Shown one piece after another: positions 1 through 12,999 of a DNA stretch of 64,000 nucleotides (within the stretch, counting starts at the first letter, position 1; every line of letters begins with the position of its first letter). The DNA is taken from positions 20,770,001 to 20,834,000 of the forward strand of contig NC_043008.1 of the NCBI RefSeq assembly GCF_006345805.1, given 5' to 3'. The notes below the pieces were generated by a model. The model was not told where the DNA came from, did no database searches, and worked only from the letters and a program-made list of their open reading frames with translations. Position numbers and translations under genes: made by a program. This DNA is from Octopus sinensis. Taxonomy: Eukaryota.

Positions 1-880
1 TTCCTGTACCAAATTTTCCCCGAAGAAAAATCATAACTCAAGTTTGTGCTATTCAGCTTGGCACCATTAGAGTTTTCTGATTTGTTTTCGAGTTGAGCTT
101 CAGTGAAACTTAAGTAAATCGTTATTGCAGGTACCCCTGTGGTTCTGTTGTTTTTGCTAGTCTTATCGACCTTTCTAGCAATGTAGGTGTTATTCTCAAA
201 CTCAATCAAGTTTAGTTGACGTCCATAATTTTCCTTTGTGGTAGTTAGACTGCTTCGCTGTGTTTGTTTCGTCTCTCCTCATTATGCATTCAAATCCCAC
301 CGAGGTGAAAATTACCTATTAATCATTTCGACATCGATGGTGGTGGGAAAGATTAGATTGGTAGAGATGTAAAAAAAATGTCATATCGTATCCCCGGAAG
401 TAATTTCGGTTCTTTGGTTTCTGAGTTCAAATCTGAGCGCAGCTTAATTCACTGGTGGAATAATTCCTTCGGTTAGTTTTACGCATCCACCTGGAATCAT
501 AATTACCATTAGCAGACCCTGTTCTGTTACAAATTTCTAGGGCTAATAATTGAAGACATCTCATTCCCACCATTCTTGGAGACGCTGTGTTCCACCCTGA
601 CTAAAAGACAAAATAACATAAAACCGTAGCTTAATGTGTTTTTTTTTATGTGATTGATCGTTATAATAATTGCGAAAGTGAAGAATTTGATTTCCCATAA
701 TAGAGCATGGAGAACTTGCGGAATCGCTTTTCCATTGTCTTTGTTGATCTGTAGTTATGTTTCAGCAAAGAGTTGCAGTTTTACTGTAACTTTAGTCAAG
801 TTTTGGTTTAATCTTATGCTTAGAACAACAAACTATAACCGATGAGGTACCTATTTGCAGTGAGGTACACTGGGCTAAAA

Positions 881-1113
881 GGCGGCGAGCTGACAGAAAC
901 GTTAGCACGCCGGACGAAATGCTTAGCGGTATTTCGTCTGTCGTTACGTTCTGAGTTCAAATTACGCCGAGGTCGACTTTAACTTTCATCCTTTCGGGGT
1001 CGATTAAATACATACCAGTTACGCACTCGGGTCGATATAATCGACTTGATCCTTTTGTCTGTCCTTGTTTGTCCTCTCTCTGTTTAGCCCCTTTGTGGGT
1101 AGTAAAGAAATAG
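881..1113 (+). mobile_element. SINE family B (tRNA-like head, central gcctttcatcctttcggggtcgataaattaagtaccag domain, possibly Meta-domain)
   Basis: Matches at least 10 other copies in the window; tail ...agccccttgtgggtagtaaagaaatag. Confidence 0.9.
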
Positions 1114-1251
1114 GTTCACTGGGTTAGTCATCGATATTTAAGTATCTTTATCTTCGCTGCGGAGTTGCTGTCGCATTACGGTCCTTTGTAGTCATAGCAA
1201 CGCCTTAATGATTTTACTGTGACGTTGTTTTGTTAGAAATTAAGGAACTTT

Positions 1252-1469
1252 ACTCTTTTACTCTTTCATGTGTTTCAGTCATTTGACTGTGGCCATGCTG
1301 GAGCACCGCCTTTAGTCGAGTAAATCGACCCAAGGACTTATTCTTTGTAAGCCTAGTACTTTCTCTATCTGTATCTTTTGCCGAACCGCTAAGTTACGGG
1401 GACGTAAACACACCAGCATCGGTTGTAAGCGATGTTGGCGGCACAAACACAGACACACAAACATGTACG

Positions 1470-1537
<68 letters not shown>

Positions 1538-1685
1538 TATGACGGGCTTCTTTCAGTTTCCGTCTACCAAATCTACTCACAAGGCTTTGGTCGGCCCGAA
1601 GCTATAGTAGAAGACACTTGCCCAAGTTGCTATGCAGTGGTACTGAACCTGGAACCATGTGGTTTGTAGGCTACTCCTACGCCTA
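1252..1685 (-). mobile_element. SINE family A (tRNA head, CORE-like domain, internal microsatellite)
   Basis: Matches the copies at 5047, 19273 and 41895; contains CORE-like gcaccttgggcaagtgtctt and the tail ggcggtgctccagcatggcc-cagtcaaatgactg. Confidence 0.9.
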
Positions 1686-2422
1686 TAACTTATTAACTTT
1701 TCATTCGAAGTAGCACCCATTATTTTCTAAATACATTCAGTTTGCTAAAATATATGCAGCAAACTTTATGACGGCGTTTTTGTATTGTTTATCATATGTT
1801 AACAACAAAGACATTAACAACAACAAAAACTCATCTTTAATTACTAAAAAGACGAGGAAGTCTGTCGCGAATAACCAGTTATTATGTACATCTTCAATTA
1901 GTCCTAAGTCTTATAATTCAATTAAACATTAATATATTTTCGAGAAATGCAACTGACTTCATCAGTTCTCTCAGGCATTCGGTAATAATTAATAGCAGTA
2001 AGTTCGTTCCTCTTATGTTTTGTATTTATGTGTTTTGACTTTCAACTGAAAGTTCTTTCAATACCTTTCAAGAATCCAAGAATCACAAAATCACAATAGA
2101 ACAGTATGGAATATTAAAATATGTGAATATTGAAAGCCAGTTTCAAATATGCAAATATGAGTTACGATAATTCCAAGTACAATTTATACACAGTTATTAC
2201 AGAATATTGTTACACAAAATCAACTTATGTGTCGTACATGACCAGGAACGGTTGTTATTGTTCTTTAACTCAGGGGAAACCATGATCAGATGTCATGTCT
2301 GTCTGGTTTATTTCCAGCCATTTTATATTTGGGACCACACTAAATTACCACCTCAGACTGGAATAACACCATCGTTCTTTTTCTTTTCACCAAACTACAT
2401 ATATATGTATTTACGTATCTTT

Positions 2423-2496
2423 CTGGGTATATTCTACTGACGAGGTAAAGCATTTTTAAATGCAAAGTCAGAAATCCGGGATCTAGAATTATCCAG
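2423..2496 (+). ncRNA. Type I hammerhead ribozyme motif, canonical core, imperfect stem II base
   Basis: Stem I attcta/tagaat extended by ctgg/ccag across an internal loop; CTGACGA 2437-2443; inner hairpin gcatt/aatgc; GAAA 2471-2474; stem III ATC-cgg-GAT; AUC triplet, cut after 2483. Confidence 0.6.
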
Positions 2497-2722
2497 TAAT
2501 TTTTTTACTAGTTTCATCTTGTCTCTTTGTCTTTTCTCCATGCGGCTACATGAAAACTTAAGGTGGTTTTAGAGACGGTTCATGGCTGCTATTTTCAGCA
2601 TGGTGGTATCTCGTAGATACCCTAATTCATAATTTTAATAATTATTACCTTTGAAGGTTATTTTTTCCATGCTGACCACTTGATAAGTTCGTTATTTTAT
2701 TTTAAATTAACGATCTTATTCT

Positions 2723-2755
<33 letters not shown>

Positions 2756-2775
2756 TATATTATATATATATATAT

Positions 2776-2830
<55 letters not shown>

Positions 2831-4363
2831 TGTGTGTGTGTGTGTGTGTGTGGTGTGTCGTATATATTCAACTATGAAGTGTCGTAAACATTATCGAACA
2901 CACCTAATCAATGTATGCGGTGGTGGTCGGTAGGGATTTGATACGGTGAAGATAACTCTCTCAAATTGCCGAGTGTTTAAATACCCGATAGTGATAGTCA
3001 TTGTCAGGCGAGACAACTCATTCAGGAGCGATGGACATTGATGTTTCGTCATTTTTGTGGCTTATCAGCATCGTGTATGTATATATATGTATAAGGACGT
3101 ACGTACACGCACAGTTAAATCAACATACACAAAAATTCAGACACTAAGTCCATACTCACATGAACAGATGTACAAATTTATACACACTGGAAATAGACAC
3201 ACACATGCACAGTCACGTGGTCACACATCACACACGTTCACAAGGAAATATTATGATGCACATTGGGAAAGGAACCTCCAACGCGTGTGTACACATACAA
3301 ACACACACAAACACGCACACACAAAACGCACAGACTCCGTAAATTTACACAGCGTGTACCGAACTCACACCACATAATACAAACCATGGAATATATACAC
3401 ATACCTGTAGGTAAATATGACAAACACACGAAGAAACTAAAGGAATAATGACATAGAAACCCACACAAATTCAAGAATATATCGCATAAAACCTTTATAA
3501 ATCCAAGCATAATTTCAAAATCCAACGCATACTTTTGAACCCACGATCACGCATGATATGATCAATACACATATGTTTTCTTAAAGAAAAGTATACATAA
3601 GAACTTTCACACAAACTTAGAAAGCACACACATACGCACAGTCAAAGTAAAGACAAAAGCTGAAGCCATGGAAGTGTAAGTTCATGACGTGAACGAATGT
3701 GTTGCTAAGATGATGACGTCATCCGTTGTTCCGACTTTGTTTTTACGAGTAAGTCCCTCGGCTATATATTTTCTCTTGTAGCCCTTTGTCAACCAAAGCT
3801 TTGTGTATGAATTTCTGTAGGGGAAACAGGTACTGAAAAGATTTAGGATATAAAGGATATGATATATGTCTATATATCTATATGTGGAATATTTTTATGT
3901 TGTATAATTTCAATTTTTTTTTTTTTTGTAATTTGGTTTCATGCGTAGACCTGTAAATGTTTCTTGCCTATTGGCAAATAAATATATGATATAAGAAACT
4001 AAGAAAATCGCTTTGAGGAGTGAATGTTCTTTGAATACTGGAAACATTATTTATTTCCATTATGTCTGAGGAGAAACATTCTTTTTTTTCCTTTAATAAC
4101 TGCATTGTGAAATAAGAGGAAAAAAATGCTTTTTAAATATATCTGTCGTTTATAGTCAGGTAAAGTAAACTATTTACGTATGATAGAAATAGTAATAGGG
4201 CCAGTAAATTGAGAGCCATTCTTTTCCTGTATCTAATAGCAGCAATAAACAGTAACACCATAAATTTCAACTACCTAAATAGAATCAATACCAGCAATGA
4301 TCCACAATAACATCGGAAACAATATTACAAACGGGAATGAGAAGCAAGAAAAGTAGACAATAA

Positions 4364-4663
4364 TTCAAAATAAACAGTGATACATGCAATGCAAGCAAGA
4401 AAAGTAAATTGTGTAAGATCATAAATAGCTCCACCAGCAACACTATCTTCAAGGTCGATAAGACTAGCAAAAACAGAATCACAGGGGTACCTGCAATAAT
4501 TATTTACTTTAGTTTCACTGAAGCTCAACTCGAAAACAAATCAGAAAACTCTAATGGTGCCAAGCTGAATAGCACAAACTTCAGTTGTGATTTTTCTTCG
4601 GGGAAAATTTGGTACAGGAAGAATCGAACAGAATTATTTAACGATGTTTCCAGAGACTGTTAA
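4364..4663 (+). other. Unassigned open frame, duplicated in inverted orientation at 1-173
   Basis: KVDKTSKNRITGVPAIIIYFSFTEAQLENKSENSNGAKLNSTNFSCDFSSGKIWYR is open in both copies, which differ by an in-frame 3-nt indel. Confidence 0.35.
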
Positions 4664-5046
4664 GCCCGATCAGGATGGAAAATTACCGACAAGCTTAAGT
4701 AGAGAAATGAATAAAATATGGACCCCCAAAGTTTCCTCACAAATGGACACATATAATTTAAGATGCTAGCGGTAACGTATTTACAGCTAAGATGTTTAAA
4801 TATTTCGCCAAACGATGCGGATTTGAGATGTTCTTTTAGTTTTTATGCTATGGGACGCGCGATAACAAGGATATTATAATCTGTCACTCGCTGTGCTAGA
4901 AACAGCAGCCAAATTCATGTCACAGCCTACAGATGTAAATAATGGGGTTGGGGAAAAGCATTGGACAATATAGACCTTAGTATGCAAGAGCAATTACCGC
5001 TGAGGACAACAGATGATGATTTTTAATTTCTTAATATATATTATAT

Positions 5047-5490
5047 AGGCGTAGGAGTGGCTGTGTAGTAAGTAGCTTGCTTACAAACCACATGGTTCCG
5101 GGTTCAGTCCCACTACGTGGCACCTTGGGCAAGTGTCTTCTACTATAGACTCGGCCCGACCAAAATCTCGTGAGTGGACTTGGTAGACGGAAACTGAAAA
5201 AGCCCGTCGTATATATATGTATATATATATATATATGTGTGTGTGTGCGTGTGTGTGTGTCTGTGTGTACATTTGTGTGTCTGTGTTTGTCCCCCCAGCA
5301 TCGCTTGACAACCGATGCTGGTGTGTTTACGTCCCCGTAACTTAGCGGTTCGGCCAAAAAGAAAAAAAGACCGATAGAATAAGTACTAGGCTTACAAAGA
5401 ATAAGTCATGGGGTCGATTTGCTCGACTAAAGGCGGTGCTCCAGCATGGCCACAGCCAAATGACTGAAAGAAGTAAAAGAGTGAAAGAGC
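5047..5490 (+). mobile_element. SINE family A
   Basis: Full length: head ggcgtaggagtggctgtg, CORE-like block, (TA)(GT) tract and hairpin tail. Confidence 0.9.
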
Positions 5491-6574
5491 ATAGAGGGAG
5501 TAATTAACCAAGGGGAGTAATTGTTCTGCGGTGTAGTTGTCGTCGGGAGGAATTGTCCTCGGGGAGTAACTGTCTTGATACGGACATTTTCAGCTATTTC
5601 ATTACGTCTATCATTATAGATTTTCAGTGAATCTCCTCAGAGAATATCATTCAATTAATAATGTTCACAAATGGGATTATGGACATCTGGCTTAAGTGCC
5701 TTAATATACTTAATTCAATAGCCACGTCTGTCAAAATTCTTTGCTCTTAAGCTCGCTTCAGATCAAAATTATAATCATTTAGTTAATGTCATGTATACCA
5801 TTGCCGCATCATTTTTGTTATTACAAATGACATAACGCTTATTTTAATGTTCAATAGGATCTTCACTTTGTTATTTTCTAATATAAGTAGACGGCCATAT
5901 TAGTATCAAATAACTTTATATTAAAAGAACATGACCAACATGAACAACAACAACAAGAACATCGTTAATAACATTTAAAGAGTTGTAACTACATAACCAG
6001 GCATATATCCATTAATTACGTTCCGTGGCCGTGTCCCTTGGAATATATGGTGAGATATAATTTTAGACATCCTAATACAATATGGTGCTGATTCTGATAA
6101 TAAGACACGTCATATATACTATTTGAGTTATAAATATTCTGTGCAACGTGTATGGCCGTTGCTGTACGCAAATGCTATCGTTTCTTTTATGCTATCTGCG
6201 ATCATTTATTAATGCAATTTATCGACTATTTTCTTGTGTTCCTGCAGTAAATTTTAAAAGAACATTCCCATTTAAGCTCATTCATTTGTAGCCTTCATAC
6301 ATGGCGTTGATATGTTTTTCTTTCTACAATGAACGGAAAATGTAGTAGATCATTTGTGATTATAATTAGCAATACTCTGGCGTCTTTTCCGTGGCAGAGT
6401 TAACCGTTTTTTTTCCTTGGAAATTGTGAATCTTGTCGATACTTAGTAGACATGTGTAAGCATATATATGTTATATTTGTATGGTTTATTCTGCATATTC
6501 CTCACACTACATCTTACTTTAGTTTAAACATTTATAAAATTTAAATTTCTCTAGGAGCAATATTTTGACTCGCG

Positions 6575-6840
6575 AGGTGGTGAGTTGGCAGAAACGTTAG
6601 CACGCCAGGCGAAATGCTTATTGGTATTTCCTCTACCGCTACGTTTTGAGTTCGAATTCCGCCGAGGTCGACTTTGCCTTTCATCCTTTCGGGGTCGATT
6701 AAATAAGTACCAGTTGCGCACTGGGGTCGATATAATCGACTTAATCCGCTTGTCTGTCCTTGTTTGCCCTCTCTGTGTTTAGCCCCTTGTGGGTAGTATA
6801 GAAATAGGTATTTCGTCTGTCTTTACATTCTGAGTTCAAA
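6575..6840 (+). mobile_element. SINE family B plus start of a second unit
   Basis: The tail is followed by gtatttcgtctg, a restart at the internal head position. Confidence 0.88.
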
Positions 6841-6882
6841 TCTTTTGATGATGATACTGATTTCACAGAAATAAGCAGTATA

Positions 6883-7099
6883 TACAGTGGGTCTCATATA
6901 ACGATTGGACACACTTTACACGCAAGTAACAAGGACTAGAGCAAGCGAATTTATTTTGAAAATGGTTTGCTGGGTTACCAAGGTATAGAATTTTATAACA
7001 ACGTTTAAAGATTGAATATTATATCGCTGAGATAACTACCGCCTGCTTTCCCTGTTCTGCAAAAACAAAATGCGTCCCATCATTTTAAGAAACCATGTA
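6883..7099. mobile_element. Tc1/mariner-type MITE
   Basis: Imperfect TIRs ta-cagtgggtctcatataacgattggacacactt / aaatgcgtcccatcattttaagaaaccatg-ta. Confidence 0.5.
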
Positions 7100-7123
7100 T
7101 TTGACTGAGAGTAACGTAGCGCT

Positions 7124-7350
7124 AAAGGCGGTGAGTTAGCAGAACAGTTAGTGCGTCGAACAAAATGCTTAGCTGTATTACTTCCAGATCTTTACTTTGC
7201 GAGTCCAAATGCCAACAAGGTCAATGTCGCCTTTCATCCACCCGGGGTGACAGAATATGGTACCAGCCAAGTGGTGGGATCAATGTAATCGACTTGCCCC
7301 CTTCCTTCAAAATGTCTGACCTTGCACTATGCCAGCAACAGATGTTCGGT
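7124..7350 (+). mobile_element. Older family B-related SINE with a different tail
   Basis: Degenerate head and central domain; tail acttgcccccttccttcaaaat. Confidence 0.7.
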
Positions 7351-8695
7351 TCAGTGGTGTGGGGGGATGTTGTGATCACTGTCACTTATATTCCATAGAA
7401 GCCAAGCGTCCGGACTTAAGTTCCTCGTGTCCTCGGATTCGGGAATCAAAATCTATAGTGCTACTAGTTTCGCGTGATATTTTTCATATTTCATTCTACC
7501 ATTCCATTTCTGTTCTGCTGCGAAATTGTTAGCATCTATTAGGGGACACCGATAATTCTATTTTCAAATTATTTTCATTTAATGTTTCAGAACTTCTCTT
7601 TCAATTTCAATTCTCTTCGTCCTTCAGCATTTCATTATCATCTTTGTGGGTTTTTTTGTTTTTTGTTTCGCTGATTTGTTATTCTAAAGATCCTGCCTTT
7701 GTTTGCTTCGAAATATTTTATAGCATTATTCTATATGTTTGTGCATGATACATAGGTTCTATAATTATTTTTCTTTAAAATCGTGAATACAGAAACCATA
7801 CGCTAAGTATTGTGATCTTCCTATCAAGCATTTATAATTTGCTTGACTTTCATTTCAGATTCTTCTATGCCAATTCTGTATTGCATTGTGCATCTTCTCA
7901 CATCCATTTTCCGGACATAAATAATTCAGATATGGGTTATCTCAAAACAAAGACGCAAATAAGAAAGCTTCCATTACAAGAGAAAATAGCTATTTATTGA
8001 CATGCATTTGGCGACATGAAACAGCTACTTATGTCATTTGAATTACATTTTCACTGGGAATCTTAAATATTCAACCCTATTGAGAGACTGAATACATAAA
8101 AACGTCCTTCATAAATCCTCATTTATCGCGTATCGCGTGTAACGTGACCTGCACCGGTGATTAACTGTGTGAAACTATAGGAAAAATGCCCATCTCCAAA
8201 TGAAATTCTTATTGCTTATACTTTCCAAATAATATCTATGCATGAAATTCAATTCAAGATCTTCGTGTCTTCCAAAAGATATCGCCTACATAAATACCAT
8301 TCGTTTCTTAAGGAATAAATATTGTTCCTCACTTGAATAAACCATTTCTTGCGTTCTATTCCTGGGATGAAATTTAAGTTATTTATGTTTTAACCATCGT
8401 TGTTTTCCTTCGAAAATAACATGATTCAAGAAGCAATTATTCTCCTAATATTAAATATTCATCTTATCTCACTCAACAGTAAGTGGCTGCGTGAAGCTTA
8501 TATGAAAAATCATTATATATGCTATATGGTGGTAGGCGCGCGCGCGCGCGTATGTGTGTGTGTGTGTATGTGTGTGTGTGTGTGTGTGTGCGTGTGTATT
8601 ATAGTATTTTATATTAGAGGAAAAAGCAAAAACCAAGGCAGAACGAGTATCTCAAGTCCATTAAAACAGTTTAATTAAGGTAAGGTGAATTTAAA

Positions 8696-8771
8696 GTCTT
8701 ACAGCCGTTTCTGGGATAACCCAAGTGGTAGGCTAGCATGTCCATGCACTGGGCACTTCGTCATCAGAAAC
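8696..8771 (-). ncRNA. Hammerhead-like motif with a 49-nt insert in place of stem II
   Basis: Minus strand reads gttt-CTGATGA-(49 nt)-GAAA-cggctg-TA-agac. Flanked by the 11-bp inverted repeat aaggtgaattt (8682-8692)/aaattcacctt (8780-8790). Confidence 0.4.
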
Positions 8772-9005
8772 AAGGTATGAAATTCACCTTCCCCTAAATG
8801 ACTTGAAATATTCGTTCTGGCTTGGTTTTTGCTTTTTTCCTCTAATATAATAAGTACCCAGTATAACGGAACCCTAATACGGATTCCTTGATCCAGCCTC
8901 AGCTGTGAACTTGGAACCTAATGGGAGTCCAACTATAGCAATTACTCAGCGTTATTATTCATTTATATCACCAGTGAATTAAACCCCTCATATTCTCTCT
9001 CTCTC

Positions 9006-9043
<38 letters not shown>

Positions 9044-9067
9044 GGCAACAGAATATCATGTAGTAAT

Positions 9068-9151
9068 GCAATACGGCCGTTTCAAGCGACTCCATTTAAT
9101 TGAACAATGCAATCGTTACATCAATTTAAATGCTGTGCTATCTTCAGCAGC
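9068..9151 (-). ncRNA. Degenerate PLE-type hammerhead with long stem II
   Basis: Minus strand reads gctg-CTGAAGA-long hairpin (agc/gct, catttaaattga/tcaattaaatg)-GAAA-cggccg-TA-ttgc. Palindromic stem III ACGGCCGT; stem I has a mismatch. Confidence 0.5.
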
Positions 9152-9924
9152 AGAAATAAATAAATGGAATTTTTTAAATGATATAATTTTTCTTAAATAT
9201 TTTAACAGAGTAATATGGAAGAAATTCATGTTGTCGCTATTGTAGCTAAGAATAGACTAGAACTTCCAAGAATCGAGTGGAGTCATAGGGTTGTAAGGGT
9301 GGAAATTCATTTCTTATTCATTTATCTCTGTATCAACTACTAAAGCTGAGGCTAGCAGACTGTGTCTATTTTAATAAAGGGCAAGAGTGAGTTGACAGCT
9401 CATGGCTAGGTATAGTCATAAATATTATCTTATGTGTTCCCTTTTCCCCAGGGGGGAAATAAGACATTAGGAGTAATCAAGTGGATATAAGTAACTGTCT
9501 ATAAAAAGAGGCAGTGTAGGGGTAGACTTTAAATCATGATGTTAATTACCAGTTAAAGGGGCAAGACGCTAAGAAACCTAAGATATTAATACCAAGGAAA
9601 TTTCATTTAAGGGCACTATGGGGGAATGTTTATAAACAATATTGTTATTATGTATAAAAATAATATTCAAGAATTCCAAAAATGATATCATGTCCAAAAT
9701 AGGTAAATGTGTGTATATATCAAATATAAATATTAAAAGGAAGATTACATACAATCAGTTTGATATCCATTCATGTACTTACTGAATTAATTATTAGGTG
9801 ATTTTTATAAGGACTGCTCAAGGCATTTACATATGGAAAAGGTGCTTTTAGTTTTAAGCCATGAATCAGAAAAGTGTGAAAATGCATACAGATACGCACA
9901 CATTTATATGTGCACATATGCATA

Positions 9925-10067
9925 TACTCTTTTACTCTTTTACTTGTTTCAGTCATATTTAACTGCGGCCATGCTGTAGCACTGCCTTGAGCCGAGCAAA
10001 TCGATCCCAAGATAAGTTACGGGGACATAGACACACCAGCATCGGTTTTCAACACACACACAAGCGT

Positions 10068-10115
<48 letters not shown>

Positions 10116-10118
10116 ATA

Positions 10119-10161
<43 letters not shown>

Positions 10162-10210
10162 ATATATATGTGTATATATATGTGTATATATATATACATC
10201 TATATATATA

Positions 10211-10243
<33 letters not shown>

Positions 10244-10248
10244 GTGTG

Positions 10249-10305
<57 letters not shown>

Positions 10306-10473
10306 GACGGGCTTCTTTCAGTTTCCGTCAACCAAATCCACTCACAAGGCTTTGGTCGGCCCGAGGCTATAGCAAAAGACACTTGCTCAATCAAAGTGCC
10401 ACACAGTAGGACTGAACGCGGAACCATGTGGCTGGTAAGCAAGCGACTTACCACACAGCCACTCCTGCACCTA
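9925..10473 (-). mobile_element. SINE family A
   Basis: Head and tail conserved, internal deletion in the 3' half, expanded (TA)n. Confidence 0.88.
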
Positions 10474-11173
10474 TAAACACATATATATTTACACATACGC
10501 AAATATCTATACGCTTGTATAGATATAGTATAAATATCTCGCATAGATTTAAGTCACAGAAAAATATCAATTTAATAACTAAAAAAATTTACAGTTTATA
10601 AGAGATAAGAGGTTAATAAGTACGGATATCAAAATAAGAAAACAAAATAATAAGAATTTATAGAAAATAATAAGAAATACATATAACCTACATATAAAGA
10701 CATAGGGGATTAAAATTAGAGGCAAGGAACAGATAAAGGTAATTCTAAAAGAAGGGGTAATAGGTATGGAAATAGTGAGGGCAGTTAAAGGTTTTCAGAC
10801 CGAAGAAATTTTGTAAGTTGTAATATTATAGGTGTTATTGTATGTATGATTTTATAGTTTCTTGCTTATTGTCATATTATTCACCTTACATCGAGCTGTG
10901 CGGATAATACCGGGGTGCTTTGGTGCTTCAATGTAAGTACTTAATTCAACTGACTCTTAATCATTTCTTATATATATATGAATTACATGACAACAGGTAA
11001 ACTATTCTATTACCTTTAAATTAATAAACGCCAGAACCATAGATTTCGACCTCCCATGGTACATCTAAAATAATATTTATCTTAAAAGATGTAATTTTAT
11101 CAATTCATTTTAATATTTTTTCTAGACATTGTTTATCATCATTAATTTGAAGTCCTGTAGACTCATATATATA

Positions 11174-11293
<120 letters not shown>

Positions 11294-11469
11294 CATAACT
11301 TGGAAATTTTGATAACGAAAGTTTTGTTTGTATTCCTACACATACCACTCCAAAAATACAATACCCATTGACAACAAGAAGAAACACTAAACGCCAATCA
11401 ACAAACACACACATATATGAGTGTGTGAGTATATGTAAATATATATATATATAAATGTGTGTGTGTGCG

Positions 11470-11600
11470 CGCGTGTGTGTGTGTTTGTGTGTCTGTGTTT
11501 GCACCCTCATCGGTTGACAACTGATACTGGTGATTTGCCTCCCCCGTAACTTAGCGGTTCGGAAAAATAAACCGATAGAATAAGTGCTAGGCTCACAAAG
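11470..11600 (+). mobile_element. SINE family A, 3' half fragment
   Basis: gtgtctgtgtttg...cgtaacttagcggttcgg...accgatagaataagt. Confidence 0.75.
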
Positions 11601-11829
11601 TCCTGAGTTGGATATGGTGCTGAAGAAAGTGAGAGAACATCTAAAATATTCATATACATCCATGAACTATTTTTCTTTCTTCAATCGCGTTTTTTGCATA
11701 GACGTGTTCTTAAATGAAATGTCGTAACTCTCAATGCTGGCTGTAAATTCTATAAAAAATCTGCAAAAACAACTTTAAAATGTAATTACCTTTGTCATGA
11801 TTTACTTAAGTAAAGTTCACACAGATTCA

Positions 11830-12420
11830 ATCATTCCCAACAGGTTTTAAGCTTGGAATCACCATCACGTTTCTGTGCATCGTCTCGATTTAAACTTCTC
11901 ATTACGCCAAAAATTATAGAACTAAAGCACGACTCAATTTTTGATCTGATTCATCCAGCCTTGACACAGCTTATACCTTCTTATTCACACGAACACCGCA
12001 CGCCCTATTCTCCTTTCGAGACACATATTTCTCAAGTCCCATAAGCAATATAAAACCACTGCCATTAATACATGTTCTGTTCAAATTTCTCTTAATCACA
12101 TATCTTCGCAGGGTTTTAGCAATGCATTCTAATTAATAGAGTTCAGAATCTCTCTCTTTCACTTCTGTCCACACATATCTTATGCCTTTATCGATTTGAA
12201 ACTAATCAAACCACCAGCAACACTTTGACCATACCTTCCCTGCTTTGAGGATCTATATCTCACCTAATTCTTTCTGAAATCAACGCAATTGTTGACTTCA
12301 ACACTTATACTTCATGCTATCTCTCATACTCATATTATACTAATACTTTTTGTTCAAAAGCCGAGTCTTGTAGCAATACTCAGTTTTTTGGTACATCTAC
12401 TTATCACATCAAAACCTGAT
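11830..12420 (-). mobile_element. Possible R4/Dong-like LINE RT C-terminal remnant
   Basis: RYRSSKQGRYGQSVAGGLISF weakly resembles RLYxxRxxGGxGL; purine-rich coding-like strand with many stops. Confidence 0.25.
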
Positions 12421-12669
12421 ACACAAACAAACGCCTTTCATTTCCTTCTTACATCCTGACATAGTATGTACCAAATTCTAACTACTTCTACTGTTGTCGG
12501 TACTGTCAATGTTGAAGTTTCACAGAATCCTGGGTAGGGGCCGTTATTAATATGTGGATGCGTGTTGAGTAATTGGGATGATGCAGAAAGCCCAAGGTAC
12601 TTCATATGAGCTAACGCCACGTCAAAAACTGGCCAGTTCCCACAACTGTTTTGCACATGGCTCATCATG

Positions 12670-12905
12670 TGGAGGCACCATTATGTGGTTAGGGTGTTGG
12701 AATCACGATCCTAAGTTTGTGGTTTCGATTCATCTACCGGACCACTTTGAGCAAAACGCTTCATTTCACATTGCCTCAGTTCACTCAGCTGGCAAAAATT
12801 AGTAATCCTTCGATGGATTGGCGTCCTGTCCAGGTGAGGGAATATATACACCATGAAACCGAGAAACCGGCCCTTATGTGTTTGCGTAACTCGAGAAGGT
12901 TACTT
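12670..12905 (+). mobile_element. Old tRNA/CORE-like SINE sharing tail type 2
   Basis: Degenerate tRNA head; ends gaaaccggcccttatg...ctcgagaagg like 15161-15470. Confidence 0.65.
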
Positions 12906-12999
12906 TACCATTACTTTACATCAGAAACAGCTACGTGGCTGATAAAACGAATACTTTTTTAATATGACTTACCACATCTCATGCACAACAAAAGCCAAT

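Noticed and set aside
1935-1975. Minus-strand CTGATGA...GAAA
   Set aside because: Stems I-III do not form in hammerhead register.
3800-3845. Hammerhead-like gaaacaggtactgaaa, similar to the 34887 motif
   Set aside because: No recognisable CUGANGA block or stem II.
9209-9292. Apparent plus-strand exon SNMEEIHVVAIVAKNRLELPRIEWSHRV
   Set aside because: No recognisable homology and no supported partner exons; it lies next to a hammerhead and could be a PLE endonuclease remnant.
10870-10945. Minus-strand fold with stem I cttaca/tgtaag and cagct palindrome
   Set aside because: Both core blocks are too degenerate to call.
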